IMG/VR virus record: IMGVR_UViG_3300025133_006719
Span: 1 to 64,000 of that record
DNA from: a virus
DNA length: 64,000 bases
Reading direction: 5' to 3' (one strand)
Part shown: one piece after another, positions 1-10,282 of the stretch
How positions within the stretch are numbered: the first letter of the stretch is position 1
Layout of the letters: each line of letters opens with the position of its first letter
Program-made: the position numbers and the translations under genes
The notes under the pieces: generated by a model
Database searches by the model: none
What the model was told of the DNA's origin: nothing
The model's input: only the letters and a program-made list of their open reading frames with translations

Positions 1-2
1 AC

Positions 3-3000
3 CAAAAAGAGATTTCTGCTTCTACTAACTTTGTTGATTATAGAGAGAGGAAGCGATACTTTGACACCGCGTTCAAAGGAGGGGAAAAAGCATATTACCT
101 TGAAAACGCAGGTCATCGAAGACCTTTTGGGTACTCTAACAAAACCAAAAGTATAGGTAGCATCCCTGCGAATGAAGCTATCTACTTTTTAGGTAGACCA
201 ATAGTATACGAAAAAATTACTATAAACGAGTCTAATATAATAAGCGCCAGTTCAGGAGATATAATCTATGTATTTGGCGATGGATCATTAAAGTACGATA
301 AGAAAACAATTTACGCTACAAATCAATACGTTGCCGTATCCAGTAGCTTAAACCCCGCCAACTCTCCTAAGTTGATCCCTGCTGGCGCTATAGATTACGG
401 GACAAAAAAAATAAATACCTTAGGCGATCCTTACGACCTATCCACCACAAGCACGGTTATATCCCCGATCAGGAATGTGTTTGGATATACAGATTTCAGA
501 GCAACTAATAAAGATGAGATGTCCGTAAATGGGGAAATAATTAAAAACGATGGTTATAACGCAACATACGTATACAGAAAACTAAACAGCTCCGAACTCA
601 TTGAAGCTGAAAAGAGGTATTATGTATACGGAATGGGAGATTATGTGGAGTATAATGGTTATAGATATTATCCAAGGGGCTTAGGTAGGGCTGACATAAT
701 AGTAAGCGGAGGGAGTGATGACACTATTACGTATACAGATAGCACTAAAACTATTAATACCGACAGCACAAGTAGCAGCAACGACTTTAGCAGCATTCAA
801 GATGGGGATGTCTTTTGGGCGTCCTATCAAAAAAATTATGGGGGTTTGAACGACTACGGAGAGCAGATAGTCGTACCAGTAAAGGTGTATAGCAAAACCG
901 ATAGTCAGAACATAGTTTTAACTACTGAGTTACCGGAGGGGGTAGATATGACATCTTACGACAATCAGGAGACGACGTTGATTTTAAACCCCTACTTCCA
1001 AATTTCAGTACCAAGGGACCAGCCCAACTATTCTTCAAGGGGAGCGTTGGGCAAGACATCATCCACAGGTAATTTCAATTTTGGCGGCACAGCTAAGACT
1101 TCAAGATACCTAGTTAAGAGAAACATCCTATATAAAAAGGGCGCTAGCTGCTGTATAGAGATTGAGAAGATCGAAGATGACGTCGTAAGGCATTCCTCTA
1201 AGACTTACGCTTCCAAGTATGGCCACTCTTCAAGCCAGAAGATTCCTATAGGGTTTGTCTACGCCGTTAAAGGTAGAGGAGAAATAATATACCCTGTATG
1301 GCAGGGGGATAAGTCTGGAGATAGTAGTTACAGCTTGGTTTACGGTACGGGGGCTACTGCTTGGTATAGTCACGATACCCTGAGCAAAACCTTTAGGGCC
1401 GGATCTGTTTTCTCAGGTATTGAATCCTCTCCCGGGGGAGGAAGTCCGGCTAAATACTATTGGAAGACCAAAGGCACAGAAAGAGTCCATAAGATATCCA
1501 ACAGCTACGCCAAGCTAACAGAAAAAATAAACTCAATGGATCAATTCCTAGACGTTGCCCCTTCCAAATATGGGATCGACTCTGGGGAAGTAAGATACGA
1601 TGGAAGAGAATATGAAGTTCTGTGGATAGGTTCAGATGGGTTAGTGCAAAAAGAAGCTGGCGAAGGAAGCATAGAATACAACGGAAAGACAATTCAAGTC
1701 GGAGAAACTTTTAAGCCCGTAAAGATAGGTGACAAAGTCGTTAGCAAATTCAAGGCATCTGATAAAGGCAAAATCATAGTAAGACCAAAAGAAGGCATCT
1801 TAAATAAAGCCCCAGTTGGAGGTTGGTCAAACGAGTGGTCAATGTTTATAAACACAACCCACCACCATCCTTCTAGGACTTCTATGTGGCACCACGACTA
1901 TTACGGAGACATATTGTCATTCCTTAATAATAGATGCCATATAATGTCAGAAGACTTTAAGTTAAGGAAGTACGGGCACCTTTTAGAGACGTTCTCCTAT
2001 GGCAAGAAGCCTGTTATAAGGTCGGAAGCTCCTCCGGGCTACCAGTTCCTAGAGGGAAGCAATGCTGACGCTGCTTGGTACTGGTTCGGTTTAGACGGGG
2101 CTCAGGCCAATAAATGGTATTATAGTTCGTGTCAGATATACAAACCTGACTACCAGATAAGCTCGACCAAACAAAAGGATATTATAGATATACTACAGGA
2201 TAATAATTTAACATTAGGCTCTGTAACTGATGAGTTTGCTGGGGGAGTTTGTCAAGGAGCTAGCGAGTTTAGTAGTGAATCCGTTCAGAATTCAAGTCAA
2301 TTAGATCAAACTTCATGCGCTCTCAAAGGTGGCCGATGGATAACCTTAAAAGATCAAGTTATAGTCACTTTAGACAGAAGACTACAACACACTGAAAACA
2401 CAGACTGGAATAATAATAGGGGTATAAGTGTTCTCGAGTTTGCTCAAGGATACGGAGAAGCATGTAAAATATTTTGGGACAATATTAAAGACCCTGCAAA
2501 AGATCCGTACAGAACCGATGAGAATGCCCTGTTAGAATATTTAATCAGAGAAAATTACAACACAGGAAAACAAAGAGGGTATTGCAGTGGCGTAACCTCC
2601 GAAAGTGGCGCAATACAAACTGAGGAGCTTTGTCTCTCCAGAGGAGGAGAGTGGGTATCGTCGGGGGTCGAAGACGAAAACGGAAACATCCAAAACGAAA
2701 TAGTAAAACTCCAATGTCCTAAGGCTAGGATAGGTGACGCTGCCCCAGACACTTTTATTTGGCAATTGCCGGATGATCCGTTTGGAGCTTGTGAGCCTAG
2801 ATTCTACTTTAGCAAACACGTTCCGTATGTGTACGATGACGATTCAGTTGACGAACCTTGGGTCAAGACTCCCGTTACGGTAGATCCATTTATCCAAATG
2901 GAAACCTATTTAAGAGGGTTCTGCGGAGGATTTATAGACAAGAAGTCTGACCCCATAGCAGATGAAATTACACAGTATTTAAGCAAGAGCGGGGAGATGA

Positions 3001-5654
3001 AGCTCATCAATCAGACCTGTGCGAAGTCAAAAGACTACGACTACCTCTTTGAGAACTTAGCGTTTCAGTCTCTGGATCAGGCCGGTAACTCCAAGTCGAT
3101 ATTTAAAGATTATGACAAAGTTATTATTGAGAGAGATCAAAATGCTGTAGTTGAAAGAAGGGTGGACGTTTCTGGTTTAAAGACTCGGATGGGCGGCAAA
3201 GGATGGATTATATTCAGAAAATATAATGAAAAAATAGATGGCGAAGAAGAAGGGGCTTATGTTAAACTTGGAAGCTCTCCTTCCTACAAAGGGGTAAGGG
3301 TTGGAGCTCTAGTTAAGTCAGATAGCCTAGATGCATTTGGAAATGCTGGCCCAGAACTTTCTGAGTTTCACGATATTTACACAATTCCGTTAAAATTTGG
3401 GGAAACAATAGGTACAATAGAAAAAAACTACTCAACTGTATACTATACCGTGGAAACTTCCAACTTTTTTGACGGAGATGTAAACGGTACATTTACTATG
3501 AGGGCGGTACTCAGCCCAGAGGGAGACTTATCGGTAATAAAACATTATCAAAATCAAGCTACAATATCATTTACAGCAGATGAGTCCGCTAAATATTATG
3601 CTGTCGAATTTAAAAAAGCGGTATTACCTCATGAAACAGAATGGAAAATATACGGAAACGAGATAGTACCTAGAAAAGCTTATCTAGAACAGAAACAATC
3701 AAACCCCAAAATAACTCCGGCAGATAGACCTCCCGCTAACTACTTTGATTTAGTTGACGTCGACCTGACTGACAACCTTGATGATGATCCAGCTTACGCA
3801 GGATTAAAGAAAGAATATTCATTAAGATTACGCCCATTCTATAAGCAACTTACTGGCGGAGTTTGTAGCGAGACAGGTAAGACGACAAAGATTTCATGCC
3901 TCCGGGCTGGTGGAACTTGGACCCCATTCTCCGCTCATACCTCTGGAAATTTCAAAGAATCAGATAAGACGAGGAAAGTGGATGCTATTATTAAAGGCTA
4001 TCCAAGAAGAATCGAATTCAAAGAAAGCGGAAGCCCGGCGTTAATAATGTCTTCTGAAAATGGCATATTTACATTTAGGATAAAGAACCTATTCCCGGTA
4101 GCTTTTAATACGAAAACAAACTATAACAACATAGAATTAGAGACCATTTATATCAACGGCTCCCCAACCACAGTTAAGAAGTTATATTACGATATAGAAT
4201 ATAAAATAAAATATAGCTATGAGAAAGCCGCGGAAGACGATACAACAAACATAAGAAGAGGAGAATGGCAGAACCTAAAAACTTACCGAGATGTAAAGAA
4301 GGGGCAAGAGATAATATGCGTAGATGATAAAACATACGAATTTGAAACCATTAATTATAGAGTTGTAAAACTTGTATCAAGACCGGGTGGGTCAAGATGG
4401 ATAAGCCCGCTAAACCTTATAGACGAATTAACTAACTATCCTGATGACACAAAAGGCTTTGGCCCTCTGCCTAATATAACCTTAAGAGCTTCAATATTTA
4501 ATCAATTTGCAAATTCAATTAACCTATTAAATGAAGCTAGGGTAGACCTGCCAATCACAGTTAGGTATAGAGACCATGTAAAATTTGTCGCCAAGCCTTG
4601 CAAGACTGCTCCGTATGCAGATATAAGCATAACTAGAGGTGTTGCCCTAGCTGGGCTTAATGTACCTGCGCCCACCTTGGGCACTTGGGCTAGGACTGAG
4701 TTCACCATGCACGGATTCACTGGCGGCGCGGCGATGCACGCGGATAGGTATGAATTCGTCGATATTGACTGGGGAGCTAATACAATTATGCAAGATGGTT
4801 GGGGCCGCGATAGAACCTATGTATCAGAATGGTATGAGTCTTATGGGCACACATATTTTCAAGCAAACAAACACTATGGATTCTTAGGGGAACCGTTCAT
4901 TGGAGGCCAAGGCTTTGTAGCTCCGTCGGGTGCATGGGGTGTTGGGGGACAGACTCAAGACGTTGAAATATCAATAACTGGTAACCAAATAGCCTTCAAG
5001 TACGCTGTTCCGAGAATGTTGAGGAGCCGAATCAAATCTGACAATTTAGTCCTTAATGGCAGAATGGACTATTACAATAAGTGGCATCCGGGGATGAGGC
5101 ATCTGACGACGGAGTATGGAGCTATAGATGGTTTCAGTCCGAGAGTGCCTACTGTTCAGGGCGTCCAAAGCTATAATAGTGAGTTAACAGGGAATGCCGA
5201 ACCCTTAGACCTTCCTTCTTACTGTGGAACAGGTGAAGGGCCTATCAAATGGTATTTCTTAAATATGTCTCAGAGACATGGCGGGGACCGATATGTTATA
5301 TTTGAGGATCAGGCGGAAGAGTACTCTTATTGTTGGGATATGAAGGGCACTTTCATGTTAAAAGCTCCAGAACTTCGTGGCAGCTACTCTGGAATAATCA
5401 CAATCCCAATGGGTATAGAATATCAAGACCACTGCGGGAAGGGCGGTAGCGTCAGTGCTTTAGGTTTTGCTACTAACGCTTCAACTGGGGACAGCAATCT
5501 TAGGGTCGAGATTCCGGTAGTGGATAAGCTACTCTCTCTTGCCCACTGGAAGTACAAAGAAGTGGAAAAAAAGCCAGTAGAAAAGACAAAAACAGCCAAT
5601 AAAGATAATATAATAAAGAAGGACGAGCCAGATGTTGGCCGCGGTTCAGGATAA
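3..5654 (+). CDS. Giant putative virion structural protein (tail/baseplate/fibre-like), 5'-truncated by window edge
   Basis: Frame 3 is open from nt 3 to the stop at 5654 (>1880 aa; the track start at 372 is an internal TTG). G/S/T/Y-rich, with internal repeats YxVxGxGxIxYNG and GxC..CxxxGGxW. Confidence 0.6.
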   Translation, partial: QKEISASTNFVDYRERKRYFDTAFKGGEKAYYLENAGHRRPFGYSNKTKSIGSIPANEAIYFLGRPIVYEKITINESNIISASSGDIIYVFGDGSLKYDKKTIYATNQYVAVSSSLNPANSPKLIPAGAIDYGTKKINTLGDPYDLSTTSTVISPIRNVFGYTDFRATNKDEMSVNGEIIKNDGYNATYVYRKLNSSELIEAEKRYYVYGMGDYVEYNGYRYYPRGLGRADIIVSGGSDDTITYTDSTKTINTDSTSSSNDFSSIQDGDVFWASYQKNYGGLNDYGEQIVVPVKVYSKTDSQNIVLTTELPEGVDMTSYDNQETTLILNPYFQISVPRDQPNYSSRGALGKTSSTGNFNFGGTAKTSRYLVKRNILYKKGASCCIEIEKIEDDVVRHSSKTYASKYGHSSSQKIPIGFVYAVKGRGEIIYPVWQGDKSGDSSYSLVYGTGATAWYSHDTLSKTFRAGSVFSGIESSPGGGSPAKYYWKTKGTERVHKISNSYAKLTEKINSMDQFLDVAPSKYGIDSGEVRYDGREYEVLWIGSDGLVQKEAGEGSIEYNGKTIQVGETFKPVKIGDKVVSKFKASDKGKIIVRPKEGILNKAPVGGWSNEWSMFINTTHHHPSRTSMWHHDYYGDILSFLNNRCHIMSEDFKLRKYGHLLETFSYGKKPVIRSEAPPGYQFLEGSNADAAWYWFGLDGAQANKWYYSSCQIYKPDYQISSTKQKDIIDILQDNNLTLGSVTDEFAGGVCQGASEFSSESVQNSSQLDQTSCALKGGRWITLKDQVIVTLDRRLQHTENTDWNNNRGISVLEFAQGYGEACKIFWDNIKDPAKDPYRTDENALLEYLIRENYNTGKQRGYCSGVTSESGAIQTEELCLSRGGEWVSSGVEDENGNIQNEIVKLQCPKARIGDAAPDTFIWQLPDDPFGACEPRFYFSKHVPYVYDDDSVDEPWVKTPVTVDPFIQMETYLRGFCGGFIDKKSDPIADEITQYLSKSGEMKLINQTCAKSKDYDYLFENLAFQSLDQAGNSKSIFKDYDKVIIERDQNAVVERRVDVSGLKTRMGGKGWIIFRKYNEKIDGEEEGAYVKLGSSPSYKGVRVGALVKSDSLDAFGNAGPELSEFHDIYTIPLKFGETIGTIEKNYSTVYYTVETSNFFDGDVNGTFTMRAVLSPEGDLSVIKHYQNQATISFTADESAKYYAVEFKKAVLPHETEWKIYGNEIVPRKAYLEQKQSNPKITPADRPPANYFDLVDVDLTDNLDDDPAYAGLKKEYSLRLRPFYKQLTGGVCSETGKTTKISCLRAGGTWTPFSAHTSGNFKESDKTRKVDAIIKGYPRRIEFKESGSPALIMSSENGIFTFRIKNLFPVAFNTKTNYNNIELETIYINGSPTTVKKLYYDIEYKIKYSYEKAAEDDTTNIRRGEWQNLKTYRDVKKGQEIICVDDKTYEFETINYRVVKLVSRPGGSRWISPLNLIDELTNYPDDTKGFGPLPNITLRASIFNQFANSINLLNEARVDLPITVRYRDHVKFVAKPCKTAPYADISITRGVALAGLNVPAPTLGTWARTEFTMHGFTGGAAMHADRYEFVDIDWGANTIMQDGWGRDRTYVSEWYESYGHTYFQANKHYGFLGEPFIGGQGFVAPSGAWGVGGQTQDVEISITGNQIAFKYAVPRMLRSRIKSDNLVLNGRMDYYNKWHPGMRHLTTEYGAIDGFSPRVPTVQGVQSYNSELTGNAEPLDLPSYCGTGEGPIKWYFLNMSQRHGGDRYVIFEDQAEEYSYCWDMKGTFMLKAPELRGSYSGIITIPMGIEYQDHCGKGGSVSALGFATNASTGDSNLRVEIPVVDKLLSLAHWKYKEVEKKPVEKTKTANKDNIIKKDEPDVGRGSG

Positions 5655-5655
5655 C

Positions 5656-5667
5656 GTGTAATTAATA
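5656..5667 (+). promoter_or_regulatory. GTGTAAT motif (putative phage late promoter)
   Basis: GTGTAATTAATA, 14 nt before ATG 5670; recurrent motif. Confidence 0.6.
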
Positions 5668-5669
5668 CC

Positions 5670-5993
5670 ATGAAATCTATTCTGGTAACTATTATGTTAT
5701 ACGCCCTTAGCTCGTTTGCGGCTTCTGGCTCTGTATCAGACCCAGACATACAAATAAAAGTTGATGGTTTAGTTTGTCCTTCTTGCGGTATTGGTATTAA
5801 GAAGGGGCTTATGAGAACCAAACTAATAAAGGGTCTTAAAATAGATACCCGCACTCAATCTGTTTTCGTTGAATATTGGAAAACTGAAATACATCCAGTT
5901 AAAATAAAACAGATAATAAAAAAAGCAGGTTATGAAGTTCGATCTATCAAATGGTTAAAAAAGAAAAACCCTCAGCGATATAACAAACCGTGA
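5670..5993 (+). CDS. Exported heavy-metal-associated (HMA, MerP/CopZ-like) protein
   Basis: Signal peptide MKSILVTIMLYALSSFA; VDGLVCPSC metal motif; C-terminal IKKAGYEV typical of HMA. Confidence 0.8.
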   Translation: MKSILVTIMLYALSSFAASGSVSDPDIQIKVDGLVCPSCGIGIKKGLMRTKLIKGLKIDTRTQSVFVEYWKTEIHPVKIKQIIKKAGYEVRSIKWLKKKNPQRYNKP

Positions 5994-6388
5994 ACGACAA
6001 AACCCATAAACACACATTTGGCTCAAAGCTCGCCTTTAGGCCGTGGCATATGATGATCGAAAAACAAAGTTTCGACGAGGTAAATAGAGAGCCATCCAAA
6101 CTTAAAGAAGACTTTATTCCGAGAGAAGAGCTAAAGACTAACCATTTTACGTATCCTTCTTATAAGCGAATGGCTAAGAACTTAGGGAAATCTATTTTAA
6201 AGAATACGAAGGCCGCTTTAAAGGGTGAAGTCATAAAGGCAGATAAATCAACAAAGGAAGAAAGACTAGCGACATGTGAGGGATGCATTCACTACCATAC
6301 TCCAGACGATAGGTGTAAAATATGCGGTTGCTTAATGAAAGTTAAAGCGTCCTTGGCGGTTGAGTCTTGCCCTGTAGACAAGTGGTGA
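5990..6388 (+). CDS. Cys-rich small phage protein (DUF6171-like)
   Basis: RLATCEGC...RCKICGCLMKVK...SCPVDKW. Confidence 0.65.
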   Translation: MNDKTHKHTFGSKLAFRPWHMMIEKQSFDEVNREPSKLKEDFIPREELKTNHFTYPSYKRMAKNLGKSILKNTKAALKGEVIKADKSTKEERLATCEGCIHYHTPDDRCKICGCLMKVKASLAVESCPVDKW

Positions 6389-6391
6389 CTT

Positions 6392-6700
6392 ATGAACTTT
6401 TTGATATCAGCGGAAGTAGTAAATCCCCCTACTGAGTCGCTGCCGTTTAGAGATGTTACTAGTGTTGCTAAGTGTGAGCTTCTAATGACCGTGCTAATTG
6501 AAGCTAAGCAAGGCGAAAAAGATATGTATTGGAAATTTATGAGGCCTAGGGGAATGATGGATTACGTTAACTACATAATAACACCAGAAGAAAAAGAAAA
6601 AGGTTTTAGGATGGAGTTAACTGAGATAACTATATTAAATGAAAGAACAATAATATCCACTTTAAGAAAGCATATCGATCCTCCTCGATTATACGTATAG
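6392..6700 (+). CDS. Hypothetical protein
   Basis: ORF in tandem with neighbours. Confidence 0.6.
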   Translation: MNFLISAEVVNPPTESLPFRDVTSVAKCELLMTVLIEAKQGEKDMYWKFMRPRGMMDYVNYIITPEEKEKGFRMELTEITILNERTIISTLRKHIDPPRLYV

Positions 6701-6856
6701 GATAATTATCCTTTTTTATTTACTGCGCTAGAGCCTTATTTAACAAAAAACAAACGCTCATACTACTGGTTGCAGGAGGCTAAAGCCCCTAAAATAATTA
6801 CTACCATCAAGGTGATATAAAACCACCCTTCTTCTATGTTTGGTTTTTTTATTATT

Positions 6857-7582
6857 CTAGTGAAACATTGTTACTACTTCAACTTCTTCTTCCTCTGCGG
6901 TTGGGGGTAGATGTACTCCTAAAGCTTCTTTACCCCAAGCGTTTACCGCTATAGCTACCCTACATTTATTTACGGGCCTCGATACAACTGGTGATACAAA
7001 ATGAGGATACTCTCCGTCAAGTAAGACGAGTCTATTATATTTAAATGGAACTTTCACCCACTCTGGTCCGTGGGTAGAGATTATCCCCCCTCCGGCTCTC
7101 TCGTAGTCTTCCATGTGCTTTTTACCGTTGGTGTTGGTATTTATAACAATCTCTCCTCCTGTTATATTTTCTCTTGGGCCTATGTAACAAGCTGATGCGT
7201 ATATTGGTGAAGATAGCTCGTCTTTTTCAGCTAGGATTTCGTCTTTATCTAAGTGGTAGTTTAACCCACCCATGCCTCCTGCAAAATTGCTATTGTTAAA
7301 CTCTGTATCTGAGGGGGCTTTGCCTGTCCATATTTCAAAGGCTTTGAATTCTGTTTCTCTTTTTCTTAGGAGTTGTTCTGCTTTCTCGTACCAAATCGTT
7401 TTCGCTATGATTCTAGATAGGTTTTCTATTTCACTATAGCTATCATTTGGTTCTAAGTCTGACGAAAGGATTAGATTGTTCGGGTTGATACCTCCACCTT
7501 CGTTGTTTATTATTTGATACAGCCTGTCAATTGCGCTAGTATCTTCAAACACATTGTCTAGAATGATAATTGAATTATTCAT
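6857..7582 (-). CDS. 2OG-Fe(II) oxygenase
   Basis: HxD (YHLDKDE), GGE, FKYNRLVLLDG..PH.V, terminal R..IAVN. Confidence 0.75.
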   Translation of the reverse strand: MNNSIIILDNVFEDTSAIDRLYQIINNEGGGINPNNLILSSDLEPNDSYSEIENLSRIIAKTIWYEKAEQLLRKRETEFKAFEIWTGKAPSDTEFNNSNFAGGMGGLNYHLDKDEILAEKDELSSPIYASACYIGPRENITGGEIVINTNTNGKKHMEDYERAGGGIISTHGPEWVKVPFKYNRLVLLDGEYPHFVSPVVSRPVNKCRVAIAVNAWGKEALGVHLPPTAEEEEVEVVTMFH

Positions 7583-7773
7583 CTTGGTCTTAAAATATGG
7601 AATGTAAGCTTTTTAGTCTTAGGTAAAAAGTTTTCGTCGCAGAGATACTTACAGATCAGCTCTCCTTTTTTGGGACTTACCTCTTCTTCATAGTCATATA
7701 TCGTTACCTCTTTATCCAATATGGAAACCTCAACACCTTCGACTAAGAACTTTGAAATTTTTAGCTCGTTCAT
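7579..7773 (-). CDS. Hypothetical protein
   Basis: ATGA-type overlaps with both neighbours. Confidence 0.65.
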   Translation of the reverse strand: MNELKISKFLVEGVEVSILDKEVTIYDYEEEVSPKKGELICKYLCDENFLPKTKKLTFHILRPR

Positions 7774-8420
7774 TTTAAGATGAATTTTTCTACAAAAGCT
7801 TGGGCTGCTGGCTTTAAGTACGAAGCTTGAAGGGAAGCGTCTCCTTTACAGTCCGGCCATTCAATACATACGTCAGCTTTCTTCCTGAGTTTTGGGTCAT
7901 TAATCGCTTCTTGTTTGTTCGCGGGTGTTTCGTAGACGTATGTTTGGCTTAGGTTATCGTCGTAATATAGATTCTTTTTTCTCAAATGAACCAGTATCCC
8001 TTCTGTCTTGTTTTTAATCCAGTAACATTCATCTTTCTTGTATTTGTCATACCTAATGTCTGTTACAAAGCATACGGGATTGGGGACTCCATGTACAGCA
8101 CAATTGTCAGAAAGTTCTTTTATTTTGATATCAGCTCTAGATGTCCAATGTTGACCTTGACTGTCTAACCTCTTCACTAATCCGTAAAACACCAAGAAGT
8201 CTCGTATCTTGGATTTTTGTTCTCTGTTACATTTCGTTGGGTCTATGTTAAACAGTTCTAGTGAGGCTTTTTTGCATTCTTCTTTTAATTCGTTTGCTAA
8301 AGCTACTTGGCATGGGTTGAAACCCTTAAGTAGAAGCTCTTTCCGACATAGCTCATAAAACAGATCTTTGCCGGAACCGGCTAATCCAGATATGCCTACA
8401 ACTTTCATTTGATTACTCAT
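7770..8420 (-). CDS. Deoxynucleoside monophosphate kinase-like P-loop kinase
   Basis: GISGLAGSGKD P-loop, ALANELK, VTDIRY. Confidence 0.75.
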   Translation of the reverse strand: MSNQMKVVGISGLAGSGKDLFYELCRKELLLKGFNPCQVALANELKEECKKASLELFNIDPTKCNREQKSKIRDFLVFYGLVKRLDSQGQHWTSRADIKIKELSDNCAVHGVPNPVCFVTDIRYDKYKKDECYWIKNKTEGILVHLRKKNLYYDDNLSQTYVYETPANKQEAINDPKLRKKADVCIEWPDCKGDASLQASYLKPAAQAFVEKFILK

Positions 8421-9054
8421 CCGTTAGGTTTAACAGTATCTCTTTCGCCCTTTTCCTTGCGTAAAACAGTCTGGTACAGACCGTCGGATACGGACAATTT
8501 ATCCTAACTGATATCTCGGAGCAAGAAAGATCTTCGACTTCTCTCATTTTTAAGACTTGTTGATGGCTCTTGGAAAGCATTGATATAGCTTTGGTGAGTT
8601 TGAAGGAGAGTTCTTTTAAGTTTGTTTTTCTATGTGGGTCCGCTGCAACTAACCCAAGTTTTAGGTCTATATCCTTGCCGTTATACCCGTGTTGCTCGGA
8701 ATATTTTGTCTTCATCCCTTCTATCGAGACCTCTTTTCTATGCTTCCTTTTGTGGTCGTAGTAAGCATTGTGGGCTATTCGGTTAATCCAAGAGAGGAAT
8801 TTTGAGTTACCTTTGTACTTGTTTATGTTGTTCCAAGCTTTAATCAAGGCTATCTGCAGAACCTCTTCCGCCGCCGTGGGGTCTTTAAACTTAGCTATTA
8901 GGTAGCATTTGATCTTTTTCATACACCTGCTTGCTAGTTCGTCAAACGCTTTTGTATCTGAGCTTTTTTGACACAGGTCTATGAGTTCCTCCTCTGTATA
9001 AGAGCGATATGCGTTCACCGCGGTATAATCTATCATAGTTTTGATGATTGTCAA
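8413..9054 (-). CDS. ECF-type sigma-70 family RNA polymerase sigma factor (start probably GTG 9018)
   Basis: AEEVLQ..IKAW.NI..Y.GNSKF.SWI.RIA.N region 2; LS.SEI....CP..TV.TRLFYAR region 4; TTGACA at 9054 overlaps the track start. Confidence 0.85.
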   Translation of the reverse strand: MTIIKTMIDYTAVNAYRSYTEEELIDLCQKSSDTKAFDELASRCMKKIKCYLIAKFKDPTAAEEVLQIALIKAWNNINKYKGNSKFLSWINRIAHNAYYDHKRKHRKEVSIEGMKTKYSEQHGYNGKDIDLKLGLVAADPHRKTNLKELSFKLTKAISMLSKSHQQVLKMREVEDLSCSEISVRINCPYPTVCTRLFYARKRAKEILLNLTDE

Positions 9055-9057
9055 TAA

Positions 9058-9222
9058 CTATTTTTCTTCTATAGTGAATTTGTCTGATTTGTATACTTTT
9101 GATATGGTAATGATATACTTTTCAGCTTGTGTCAGGCCGTGGGGAGTAAGATTAAAAGCTCCATATGTATGGTTGTTTATCTGAGATACGACTAGATAAT
9201 ATTTTTTGCGATGTTTAGACAA
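9058..9222 (-). CDS. Small hypothetical protein (54 aa, not in ORF track)
   Basis: TTG-start ORF MSKHRKKYYLVVSQ...FTIEEK fills the gap; GTGTAATT motif 17 nt upstream on the minus strand (9239). Confidence 0.55.
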   Translation of the reverse strand: MSKHRKKYYLVVSQINNHTYGAFNLTPHGLTQAEKYIITISKVYKSDKFTIEEK

Positions 9223-9338
9223 TCCTTTAAGAATTACACTGATTTGATTGAATGTTGAAATAGACTCATCCGTATATAAGAATAACGGTTCTAGTAAACT
9301 GTTAATTCAGTGTATTAGGATGTACGTTATATTCACTT

Positions 9339-9701
9339 ATGAAATCATACAATAAACTACATGTTGCTGTTTTGGCAACTTTCGCATTGGTTGTTAGCTC
9401 GGCTAGCACGGTTAACGCTGGTTGGTTTGGTGCCTCTTTTAGCACAGAGCCCAGCGTAACATTGTTTGGTCAAACTTTAACCGTACCTGTCCCTAGTGTC
9501 GTTCTTGGCGCTGCAGCTGGGACGTCGGTAAAGGGGAATGTGTCCTCTGGTGGGGCAAGTCTTGCGCTGCCTTTTATCAAGGTCGGTGTTAGGTCTCCAA
9601 AGTTGACCGTAGGGGTTAAGGACTCAAAGATTAATGTTTCCTCCTCGGGAGTCAAGAAAGCTAGCTCCCCAAAAAAGAAGACTAGAAAAGCGAAGAAATA
9701 A
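9339..9701 (+). CDS. Exported beta-rich protein with Lys-rich tail
   Basis: Signal peptide ending VNA; followed by a terminator. Confidence 0.6.
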   Translation: MKSYNKLHVAVLATFALVVSSASTVNAGWFGASFSTEPSVTLFGQTLTVPVPSVVLGAAAGTSVKGNVSSGGASLALPFIKVGVRSPKLTVGVKDSKINVSSSGVKKASSPKKKTRKAKK

Positions 9702-9745
9702 TCCCCCCCATTAAAAGACGTGTGGTATCAACCATCGTAGCGTCT

Positions 9746-9778
9746 CCCCCCTCATGTTCATCATGAGGGGGGTTTTTT
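9746..9778 (+). terminator. Rho-independent terminator
   Basis: CCCCCCTCATG-ttcat-CATGAGGGGGG then T6, between convergent genes. Confidence 0.85.
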
Positions 9779-9968
9779 AGTAGGTTGGGTTCCTTACGTC
9801 GAAGATACTAACTAAACGAACTACTCCAAAATTGTTTGTTACGGAGAATGTAAATTCGTCTTCTACATCTTTAACTTCTCCAATCCAATGGTTACCGCCT
9901 TTATCTAAGACTTGTACGGTCTTACCTATCATCTTTTTGTTGTAGTCTAACTTTTCTAAATCGGTCAT
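9777..9968 (-). CDS. Small hypothetical protein (possible Sm/SH3-like fold)
   Basis: MIGKTVQV..GEV.DV pattern; overlaps neighbour. Confidence 0.5.
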   Translation of the reverse strand: MTDLEKLDYNKKMIGKTVQVLDKGGNHWIGEVKDVEDEFTFSVTNNFGVVRLVSIFDVRNPTY

Positions 9969-10282
9969 TCTATTGTCAATGTTGTTTCGTCTTGTTGGGT
10001 GTTTTCATTATGGAAGTTAAAAATGATCTTAGTGGGGTTCCCCAGCTTCTCTTTAATCTTCCCTTGGTCTTCTTTCGTTAAATAGTTGTTTAGCACGTTG
10101 CAGTAAGTTTCGTTTGCTGTATCTTTTTTCTGCCTTTTTTTGCATGAGCATCCAACTGATATAAGGTTTGAGGTTTTTATAATTGCGGATAGAGAAGGTA
10201 TGTTATCAACAAGATCTTGTGCGCCGTTTAAGTAGTTGGTCAAGTCCCTAGGTCCGCTAAATTTTATTACATTATTCTCCAT
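9965..10282 (-). CDS. Hypothetical protein (GCSC motif)
   Basis: Overlapping operon structure. Confidence 0.6.
   Translation of the reverse strand: MENNVIKFSGPRDLTNYLNGAQDLVDNIPSLSAIIKTSNLISVGCSCKKRQKKDTANETYCNVLNNYLTKEDQGKIKEKLGNPTKIIFNFHNENTQQDETTLTIE

Noticed and set aside
372-374. Track start of the 1760-aa ORF
   Set aside because: The frame is open back to nt 3; the gene begins outside the window
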